Below the pieces are notes generated by a model. The model had not been told where the DNA came from and did not search any database. It worked only from the letters and a program-made list of their open reading frames with translations. Of a stretch of 64,000 nt of DNA, positions 41,304 to 52,300 are shown piece after piece. This stretch comes from Ascidiella aspersa (lineage: Eukaryota). A program made the translations under genes and the position numbers. The stretch spans positions 28,706,001 through 28,770,000 of the forward strand of contig OZ004610.1 in the NCBI GenBank assembly GCA_963924565.1, written 5' to 3'. The first letter of the stretch is position 1. Every line of letters starts with the position of its first letter.

Positions 41304-42215
41304 ATGGAACACTTTCCAGAGTTGGATATATTTCTAAAGCCAGCCTGCCTGGAAGAAACATTTAAAAAGGTATCTGAATTTGTCAGCAAAGTTATTCTTC
41401 ATAATGAAGTCAAACTTGTCCTTGTAACATCTGGTGGCACGATTGTACCTTTGGAAAAGAACACTGTTCGATTTGTGGATAATTTTAGCACTGGCAAAAG
41501 AGGTGCAATTTCTGTTGAAGAATTTTTGAAAAATGGCTATCATGTGGTATTTTTACATCGACAAAAAAGCTGTTTTCCTTTCGAACATAGATTGGTAAAC
41601 GACAGTTTTTTAAAATCTTTCAATATAGACTTGGAAAGCAATCAAGTCAGCATTAGAACTGATGTTGAAGATGTCATGAAAGAATGTCAGTTATTTCTCA
41701 CTGACGAGAAATTTCTTGCAGTCCCATTTTTGACTTTGGACGACTATCTGCATTTGCTGTATGCATGTTGCGTTGCATTGAGACCATTAAAGTCAAAAGT
41801 TATGATTTATTTGGCAGCTGCTGTTTCAGATTTCTATTTGCCTCATGAAAAACTCCCCACCCATAAAATTCAATCTTCTAAATCTGATGGCCTGTCAGTA
41901 AACTTGGAACCAGTGCCAAAAATGATACAGCACCTTGTTCAAAGTTGGATTAAAGGTGCTTTCGTGGTTACTTTTAAGCTGGAAACAGATGAGACCATTC
42001 TTATCACAAAAGCCCAAACTGCTTTACAAACTTACAAGCACAATGCAGTTGTGGCTAACATGCTTCAAACCAAAGCTACTGAAGTAATAATTGTAACTTC
42101 TGGTGTCCAACAAGCCTTAAAGCTATCACCTGAAGATGTTACAAACAAAATTGAGATTGAGTCCCAAATTGTTGCCTATCTTCAAAAGATGCATAGTGAA
42201 TTTAATTCCACTTAA
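41304..42215 (+). CDS. PPCS: Phosphopantothenate--cysteine ligase (CoA biosynthesis), 303 aa, uninterrupted CDS
   Basis: ORF with [55 protein letters not shown] and VVANML, all typical of eukaryotic PPCS/Cab2. Confidence 0.96.
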   Translation: MEHFPELDIFLKPACLEETFKKVSEFVSKVILHNEVKLVLVTSGGTIVPLEKNTVRFVDNFSTGKRGAISVEEFLKNGYHVVFLHRQKSCFPFEHRLVNDSFLKSFNIDLESNQVSIRTDVEDVMKECQLFLTDEKFLAVPFLTLDDYLHLLYACCVALRPLKSKVMIYLAAAVSDFYLPHEKLPTHKIQSSKSDGLSVNLEPVPKMIQHLVQSWIKGAFVVTFKLETDETILITKAQTALQTYKHNAVVANMLQTKATEVIIVTSGVQQALKLSPEDVTNKIEIESQIVAYLQKMHSEFNST

Positions 42216-42469
42216 CACAACACAACCATTATATGGTGGTGCGAGTTTTCGCTGGATAGTATTTGCTGTGTACATTAAGACACCTAAGTTCCATTTTTTA
42301 TGCTTTTTGCAAAACAGTTTATGTTGTCTTGTTAGTATTGTACTTTTTACTACTGGGCCCCAACCTCTAAGGCTTGCACATAAATTGCCTTATTACTGCT
42401 GCAAAAAAATCAACGAAACACTGATTAAAAATCCTTGTTGTACATTACAATTATAATATACCAATGACA

Positions 42470-42736
42470 CAGTGCTGTAAACAAGTCTCAAGTCCCCAGA
42501 AGTCATCTCCAAGTCAAATCACTAATAACTAAAAAAATGAAACCTTTAAAATTTGTAAACTTGTCTGATTTGGAGCAATATGTCAACTAAAAGCAACATG
42601 TAGCAATCTAACTCAATTTTATAACAAAATGTACAATTTCAACCTAGTTATTTCACTCAATGATAAGCCAAGTCCTTTGTCCAAAACGACTCAACTCAAG
42701 TCATTTAAAAACAGTGACTTAAGTCATTACAACATA
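42470..42736. mobile_element. GACTT/AAGTC-pentamer MITE copy downstream of PPCS
   Basis: Ends cagtgctgtaaacaagtc...aagtcattacaaca; opposite orientation to the adjacent copy. Confidence 0.7.
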
Positions 42737-42749
42737 GTAATGCACTGTC

Positions 42750-43036
42750 CAGTGTTGTAATGACTGACTTGACTTAAGTCATTTTGTCAAATTACTTGGA
42801 TTTTTTTTTTCGTTAAAATTTATCTCAAGTTTTGCACAATAAACACTTTTTTTGCTGTGTATTGTGTTTGTGTTATTTTTTTAGTTCAGTTGTTGCTTAT
42901 AATCGGACGAGTTTACCAATTTTGATAGTTTAACAGTTTACTTTTATGTCAATGGACTGGGGGGCTTAACTTGTTATTTTTGCAAAAGATTTCACTTGGA
43001 CTTAAGTCATATCAAAATGACATGTTTACAACACTG
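42750..43036. mobile_element. GACTT/AAGTC-pentamer MITE, hAT superfamily
   Basis: TIR CAGTGTTGTAA...TTACAACACTG and perfect 8-bp TSD GCACTGTC (42742-42749, 43037-43044). Confidence 0.88.
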
Positions 43037-43388
43037 GCACTGTCCTAATACATAATAAATGTTGCACTATGAATTTTACTTCGAATGCAAATAAAACTCA
43101 TTTTATTTTAACAAAATCTGCTAGTTAATCTGTTCTAAAGAATGCCCTATTTTTATTCTAATTTAGAAAATCGTATTAGGTACCAAGGTATTTTATTAGG
43201 CAAAGCACACACTCTTAATAATAATAATAATAATAAATGCATCGGGTATATAGAATAAATTTCCTAGCCAAACTTAGTTGTCTGAAAACAAAATGTGCAA
43301 GACGCGGTTATAAAAACATGGGGTGTTGACCAAGGTGATTTGTCTATGTGAAAAAAAAAGACGGTTGGGACTTTTCCAGTCCTGCCGT

Positions 43389-46300
43389 TTAGTCGTCCTT
43401 CCGGGCGCGAACTTTCTTCTTCTTGCCTGCTTTGGACCAATCTAAAGGAAAAAAATCAAACGGTTAAGCGAAGTTGAACATCGGTCTGGTCGTGTCACGT
43501 TCTTATATGGGACTTGGGAACTGGCTAGTTTTCATAAGGCAGACTTTACTCACAGACATGGCTGTATGTTGTTGGGCTATGGTAGGGGTCACCAAACTTT
43601 TTTGGGGGGATTTAATTTTTTTTAACTTTATTAACTTAATTATCGTTAAATAACTACGCAATAACAACTGTAGTGAGCCTTAAAAAATTGTCGTATAGTT
43701 CAAAATTTTATCCAAATTTCGTTTTTTTAAGATACACTAATAATTAGCTAAAGCCTACCACTGAGGAAACTTTATCAATCCCGCTTAGCTGCATTCCTTT
43801 AACTATTTATTTTGAAACGCTTATAACATATTTTACGTAGAATTTTTTAATCAGGTCTAAAAAATCATTTTAAATCACATTCTTAAGCTCGTTAGTCCAT
43901 TAAAATCTGACAACTAAATGTCGTAAGTTTGGTGGGACACAAAAATAAGTTAGTAGCTTAAAACACCCCAAAAACAGTCGATTTTAACGCATTATTGCAG
44001 GGGTCGCCAAACCTATTTTAGAAAGGGCTAGATAAATTTAATGCACGATAATTTGCGGGCCAGGTTTTATTACCTTGATTAAAGAACGAACTATCAATAA
44101 AATTGGAACAAAAACTGTAGTGCTATATCGCAAAAAATATTTATCCTTAAAGTCCGAATTTTATACTAACTTCTCCATATAACCCAGTAACCCCCAATAA
44201 AAGTCTTCTTTATTTACCTTCAGTAACAATCTCATTTCCACTCGACTCCACTCGTTCAGGTTGCTGCAAAAAGTAAATCAACAAAGAATATTTCAAAATT
44301 GCTTAAAGAAAGTAGAACATAAATAGATTCCAATGTTGGTTTTATAGGTTGGTTTTTATAATTTAAACGGGCAAATAGAGCTAGAGGAGGTATAAGCGTA
44401 TGACCACAACTATTGAATTAAAGAACATGCGTGAGCACTGAGCATGTAATATCTTAGCACAAAAACAGTTAGTTACCGTAGGTTGCTTGGCCTGGGGTTG
44501 CTCGTCAACAGATGTTTCCTTCTCCAACACTTCTGATTCAATGGCCTAAAAAATAGCAGATTGGTTAACAATTATAGTGAGAAAAAACGAATTTTGCGTA
44601 TTTAAATATGAAAAACTTTTGCCCAACAGACTTAGTAGTTTGTAATGATGTGAAACCGATAACATCTAACGAATTTATCTAGACTCTATTGCATTTGATT
44701 AGGAGAATGTTCAAAATTGTTAACTTTACTTTCCCTTAACTGTGTTCTATTTATCCTTTATATTTATTTGATGTATGAGTGATTTCAGGAGAATTTTTTT
44801 TTTGATTAGTTTCTATCACACTGATACATTTTCTCGCCACTCGAAAATGCAACGTTATCCGGTAATTTTGTTTTAATGCTGCGTAAATAAAAAAAATCCT
44901 AACATCGACGGCATCGGTGGGGTTCTTCTTTCGGCGACGGCGCCTCTGCTTCTTGTTGGCGTTTGGGTTTCCGAGCAGTTCCGGGCCAGCTCCGACCACC
45001 GTTTGCTGAGCGGCGCTAGAGGGTTGAACTGGTACGCTAGGGTTCGCTGTCGAGCTCTTCTCGTCTTCACTGGAATCCTCCTGAAAGAAGGGAGATTAGC
45101 TAATTGAGTTACAGTGGAACCGGTTGTGATTGTGGGATTAGTGCTCGTCCCCATTTCTACACGTTAATTAGAATAGCGGTAAACACGAAAAAAAATTAAG
45201 CTGTAATATTTCGGGGGTTATCGGCAAATTAGCCGTACTTTTATTGTCGTAAGACCATTTTAGAATCATGGTAACGCCCCAATACAAATGTAAATCTTGT
45301 TCTCTACGCAAACAACTACATATAATCAAGGTGAGATTGCGTAACAAAGAGATAATGAAAAATCAAGAAAATTTTGACTTTTCGCATTTTTAAATTTTTT
45401 TTGAAAATTTCGGGTTAGTGATATCCATTTGTGGCACTGTTTAATATACGTGCTGCTCTCTATGTTGTAGATGAATAAAGAGTTATTCGAAACTTTCAAA
45501 ATGATACATACTTCTGTATGGGCTTTGATATTCTTATTATTACGTCTTTCTACAACCTCCAACCATTATGCTCCAAAGTTTACTATATACGCTTTAATAA
45601 CGTCGGCCGTTAAAGTTCAGACCTAAAAGGTCGGCCGTTAAAGTTCCGACCTAAAAAATTTAAAACTTACGACATAAGCGGGCGCCTTTGACTTTACGTT
45701 GGTGGTGGTTTCCCACTCCTGGTCCTGGGCGTTGCTCCAGCTGGCCTCTGGTGGTTCCCAGTCGCCCAGATCGGCCTTGGCGTCGCCGGCGCCGCCCGAG
45801 GGGCTTTCGGGGTTCCAGGGGTCGTCTAGGGCGGAGGGGGGCGGTACCGAGTAGCCCTCTGGTTCCAGTAGGTATTCCTCACGCTTCATCATGGCCTGGG
45901 CGACGTCTGGGGGACTTGCGTGCCCGCCCGTGCGAATGCCCGACCATTGCCTTAGCGGGGTCTGTAACGGAGCACATATTCGTTTTTGGATACGCTACGT
46001 CACGTTTTTTTATTACGTCACGAATTCACGATAGGAATGGCCGATAATATTCGATGGGACTCGATACCCGATGACGTGTGGTTGTAGCATCGGTACTAGT
46101 CCGGTACTATACGATGCTATCAGTCAATGGTTTGCGACCCAGTGCAAGTTTTGTGACAGAAAATAGTAAATTAATGTCAAAAACGTTGCCCCATTTTAAA
46201 TCAACTTTTTGATTTTGTAATTATAATGACGTAATTTGCTATAGGATTGGCCGTACTTTTGTCCTAAGGAATCAGTTATCGGCATTACAATAAATAATAA

Positions 46301-49300
46301 GAATAACGACAGCGGGATACTTTATGATGGCGGTTAACTGCAAATTAAGCATATCTATTAACCACTGCCGTAGTAGTTTCTTTGGTGGAAAAATTATACT
46401 TAAGTTGTGCGATACAACACATTAGAGCTAGTTTTTTGGATTTTTTTAGGTATTGCGGAATTGAATAATTAAATTTCACTTATAGTTCTGTTCAGTATAT
46501 TTATGTTGGACAATTATTCCGTTAACAGTAGATATCTGGCAATTTACCAAAACACATAATACGCTAACAGAAAGTGTCAAGCATATTTGTTGAAAATACT
46601 AAGTAAACAGGAAATATCTATAATCACATAGTTAAGTAAAATAACGAGTGGCTAACAAAGTTGCCTTCATAACTTCCGTTATTTGTGTATCGCCTTCCAC
46701 AAACTCTATCAGGAAATACACTGAAGTAAACCTCTAACGACCTCAAGGATTTGTGATGTCACGGTCGCTGTGGGCGCAGACCGACGTCGACAGGTCCTGG
46801 GTTTCAAGTGACGTCACCATTGCGACATACGTGACGTGAAACGCAGTCCTGTGACGTCGACCGCTCAACCGGTCAAGTAAACCTCGCAAAAGCATAGCGC
46901 ATCGAATAACGACGAAATTGCGCCACCACGCGGTGCATTGCCATCGGTGCCCGCCGCAACTAGAGGGCGGTACAGACGAGTGCAATTGAACGCGTGCGGC
47001 GCTAGAGGCCACGAGCACAGGCGGATTTGGATTTGGGCGGTAAGCGACGTGATTGGCTGCGGGACGACCAATGACGGAACACCAGAGTGTTTCCAAATTG
47101 CGAACGAACCACCTTCTGACGTTTCGTCGGGACGTCGCTGCCATTTGTATATCTCATTTAAAAGATTATTCATGGTAATCTGCTAAATCTGTCTCGTGCC
47201 CTTTTCAGAAAAGCAAAGCTACCAAATACTGGAAAAGTTTTCAATCAGTGCTTCTAGGAACTAAAGAAGCTATCCATAAACCTAAGAAATGGATTAATTG
47301 CTAGGTTTTTCAGAAATAATGTACACATTAAAAAATGTACACGTTGAAAATGATACCTACTTCTGTATGGGCTTTGATATTCTTATTACGGCTTACTACA
47401 ACCTCCAACCATTATGCTCAAAAATGTACACATTGTGCTTTGGCGAAAGTGGCTGCCAGATTGCATATGAAGTGTTTAGCTATTCCTTTATCGCAACAGA
47501 ATAGCTTACATCTTCATATAACACCGGACAGTCAGCGAGCAAACCTCATATGTTTTAGGACCTACAAGCGCGTACCTCCGGCCTTACAAGATCACATAGA
47601 ATTATTTTCCACCCACCGGTTGAAAAGCTGTGGTGGAATTGACGTGAACCCAGTCTTCGGTCTGAGACGGCGCCCACCTTTGTGACGTAATAGACGAAGT
47701 ACCTAAAACAACGAACTTTTTTCGTTATTTTTTGTTCGAGATTTTGTTGACAAACATTACAAAAAACGCCTTGTGAGCAAAAATAAATTCTAAATACACT
47801 TGACACGGGTTTCGTGGGAATGTCAAAAGGGACAAAATATTCGACAAAAGCAAATAGAATCATTTTTAATTTACATTGCCGATTAAATTAATTTAATGTC
47901 GAAATTTTGTTAAATATTTTAATAAACTAACTAGAACAAACTCAGACGTTGACCACTTGGACATTATTAGCAGCACTACTAAGTTATTTGTCACACGAAA
48001 ACCAGCAGCGGACTGGCTGAGCGCCAGAACCGTCCAGCCTGCTCTAAAATCAAAAGGCAGGCGCATCTACGTAGCTACAAAAATGGCGGCAAAACGCACA
48101 TCCTGCGCTAACTCTATACACGCGTTCGCGTAGAGCCGCAGGTTAGAGGCAAAGGCTAAACAAAAACAACAACCACAAAGTAGCGATATCGACCTCGCTT
48201 AGTTAGCCAATTTCCTGGAAATTTAAACGTCAACAAATCAGAGAAGAATCGATTTAAAAGTTAAGCCTTTGATCGTTTTAAAGATCTGCATAAAATTTCC
48301 ATCTCCTAAAACAGTTTCGCGATGAGTAATGCAAAAAAACTTTACCTTTTTCGTTAGTGGCACCCGAAAATAGAGACGCTCTCTATAACTGTTAGCTTCC
48401 AAGACACTCTAAAACTATTGAAACTTAGTCGGAGCGGTCGTATAATAAAACATACGCGCTCACAACCACTGCGCACTGCTGGCTGCCTGAATGGATGGTG
48501 ATGCTGACAGGGCAGCGGCAGTTATAACGTCTATTGGTCGCGCCCGGCGAGAGAGAAAAAACGCGGGCCGGCCTGGCGATATTGGGGAAGTGGCAATCAC
48601 AGCGCGCATAATCCGACACCAGCCTAGTCTGGCGGCTTCCTTGCTCTGAACAGGGGAAAGGCTTGCGGGCGGGCACATGCACGGCGCTGGAGCGGCCTGC
48701 GTGAAGGATAGGGACGCTTTTCGGGAGGATATATGGACTGGCGATAAAGTGCGAAATACGGTAACCTTGCGCAGGATTAAGGCTTCTGTAGGCCTAATGC
48801 TGTATCTTATAATCTGTGTTGCGAGTTACTTACACGATAATAAAACTGTAAAATAATTGATTAAACAAAAATAAGTTGTTTCCATGTGATGCAGAGATTA
48901 GCCACCATACATGAAACGATTTATTTACACACAAGGCATATATTGACTTAATACAGTCACGCATTTTTAAGCAAAAACTGTGCTGTGCTGATATTGTATC
49001 TGTATCGCTATCAGCATTACATAAATTTAACCCTAAAAAAAGTAAGGGCCGAATTTTTTCAGGGCCTAAGGCTATAGCCTCAGTAGCTTAATGGTTAATT
49101 CGGCACTGACCTTTCGTTGGAACGTTAAACATTTAATTGGACACAAGAGAAGCATTGAAAGCAATTCTCCGCCGTGGGTTTGACTATTCACGGACGTTTT
49201 AAATTAAAGTTTAAGCATTTTCTACACGTTTATAATCACAATCAATAATTGGAACAACGGAGTAAACTTTTTGACGGTGCCTTCGTTGTCATCAGCGACA

Positions 49301-52300
49301 TTATTATCCTCGAATTCTTATATCACCAGTTTTATTTTAAGCCTTGGGGATCGATGATAAATTTTAGGAAACTGTAACTTTTTTTATCTGTGCGTTCCAA
49401 GTGGGTAAAAAACCCATCGATGTAGTTAAAGCTATATTTTGAGAAATCGCTTGATTTTTTTTTAATATTTAACCTTTAAAAACCTGATTGTCCCTAAAAT
49501 GTTCATTGTTCGAAAAAAAAATTGTTTTAACATTTGTGAACCATTAAATAATACTTTATTGATTTACTTATTAACATTGTTCGACGGTTAGCTTATTTTT
49601 ATTTGTTGCTAAAATCCACCCACTTATTTTGTTTAATTTCAAAATTTTTACTAACTTTAGTATTTTTGTTTTTTTGTTTAATAACTTTCTAATATAATCA
49701 TTTTTTTGCTTACAAACAATTTACCATATTGTAAATATCTACTTTGATATGTTTTTTATGTGGGTCGGGGGTGACGGTACTTGTGGTTGGAGGCTTAAGC
49801 CAAATCTGGTCCGTAATGAAGAGAACACCTTTCCCGTTCGCTTGACAGGGGATTGGGTGCGCGTGTTAGCTGTGCGCGTGCACGTGCGCGAGTGTGTGTG
49901 CGGTGCGTTGGACGAGGGATGTTTCGAACGCAATAGATGAAATGATTGCGAAATTGAGATAACCAGACCTCACGTCTATCATTTTGACATATTTACTATG
50001 GTGGGTACTATTCTAAAAAATTGCACCTGATCAGATTTTTTTACGTTGACATGTCAATTGGTGGATAAATAAAATATTTTATATTTAAGTGTCTTTTTTA
50101 TTAGTCGTACAAGTACGTATGACTAATGAGATTAAAATGCCATGCCATTTTGACATATTTTTTCAATAATAATCAGTAATTGGCCTTTCAGTAGGCAAAC
50201 CCTTGCTACACCCGGTCTGCATTAATTTTAATTTTGTTTTTATTACTCCTATGCGGGAGAGTGAGGGCTTAATTATAACTGTTTTAAATGATAGAGTAAT
50301 TAGGCGCGGCGAATGGCTCGGGACTTTCCGAACATTCTCACGTTTCGGAGCCTATCAGTTACGCAATAAAAAGTGTATAGTTTCAAACAGACATTTATTA
50401 CTCGGAAAATTCAGTATACTGAAGAGGGTCACTAAATCAGACAAAGACACGCGCTAATGTTATTTCAATGAAACGACAGATCGCTTAAAAGTATACGAGG
50501 AACGTTGAGGCGGTTAACGCTAGGAAATGCAAATCACGTTCTGGCAATGGGAAGATGGTATAAGCGCCAACGTTCCGGGAAACAGATATGAAAATCATTT
50601 CCTGTGAAAGATCGATCTTTCGCGGGGAATAAAATTTATTGATTATGAAACGTTAACCTGAATCATTTTTTACATGTTAAAGATAAAGCATTCGATTTGA
50701 AACTGACTGAGTATCTTATAAGAAAAAAATAACCGGTACTATTGTGTTTTTTTTGTTGTTGATATGTTTTTTTGTTGTTGATATGCTTTCACATAAAGAT
50801 AATATTGATCCCATTAGATTAAATTGACCACTCGGTATTTTTACTACCTTAACCAAATAATTTGCCGATAGGTATTTGAGAATTTTTATGAATCTGGTTT
50901 TCGCTCAATTGGTAAGCTTCTTGATACAACTATGTGTACGTTTAGAAACCATTGTATCAAATAATATTTTCCTAAATGTTTTAAGATGATTGTGTTGCTC
51001 CAGTTTCATTTACAATTACATTTCAGTAAAATACTCAACGAAAATTCCAGTCGGGGTGCCGAAAATCTATATATTATTTTTAAGGGTTGCCATAAGCCAT
51101 AACAATTTGACTTTTGACTGTAGTAAAACTCTGCTTTATCCCGATAAGCGAAACAGCGAGGCAGGACGCTGAAATGGCGGCGCCTGATCATCGTTGTTTG
51201 CCAGTGAATTCACTGAGTTGTGATAATGCGGCTAAAGGTTACTTGCCCGCTATAAGCAGGCCTAGTCTGGCGCGCAAGTTTAATTAGAGAAGGCAAACAA
51301 CGATGATCAGGCGCCGCCATTTCAGCGTCCTGCCTCGCTGTTTCGCTTATCGGGATAAAGCAGAGTTTTACTACAGTCAAAAGTCAAATTCTGTGTTAGT
51401 AATAACACCACTGCACTTCTCGGTAAGAGGTTAGCCGACAATCAAATAAAAAGACAGCACCAAACAATCAATCAAAAGCGGATATTGATCCGCACCACTA
51501 CACTGCACTCTCTCGCGCCCCGGACCAACTCACGAGGGGTGCAAGTGTCCCTGGCGGGGGGCAGCTCGATAAGTCGCCCCGGGACACCATAACCGACCAC
51601 TTCGACCCTCTTGGCACCAGCAGTTCCGCTAGGCGAGGCGTTGGCTTTGAGCGGGTGCCTTACAACACGAACTAGAAAGCACAAGGTTAAGATAACACCG
51701 ACCAGAAGAAAGCAAGCAGCTCGAAATTTCACCCTGTGATATCTTCCCGTGAGGTAGACAAGATATCGATCAGAAACTTTTACACAGACATTACTCAAAG
51801 CAACCTAACTTAGTCAGCAATCGGCGAAAAAATACAAAAATTTTAATATTCATATTTATAATATGCATATTCAGTCATAGTCGGCCCTAAAATTGAAATG
51901 TGCTCAAGAGTGACTCACATAGGGTGATACCTCGACTTTTCAAAAAAAAAATCATGACTTGACCGCCAGTTGTAGTCAGAGTATAACACTGTAAGGGTTG
52001 CCACACATTTCTATGTAATAATCGATTTAAAATCAGTCATACACTATTCAAGAAATTAGTTTTTAAGGCGTAAATTTGGATCACTCGACGCGTTTTTTTT
52101 TAATTTAATTCAAAAACATAACAGTTTAAATGCAATGGTCGGCACAATAACAATTTGTTTGAAATTTATTTTTCTACAGCGCTTTCTCCATTAAACACTC
52201 AAATTAAGCTGCACAGAAAAAATATTCCAAGACAGCTCAAAGCCGTGGGAAACAAAGGACTTTCAATGGCTTTTCAATACGCGTTTTTAAGAAGTGTTGT

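Noticed and set aside
49026-49036. TAACCCTAA, resembling a telomerase RNA template
   Set aside because: It sits in AT-rich, repeat-like context with no recognisable pseudoknot or H/ACA domain, and is expected by chance.
51750-51770. TGAGGTAG let-7-like 5' end
   Set aside because: It lies in the loop of a short hairpin, and the remaining sequence does not match let-7.
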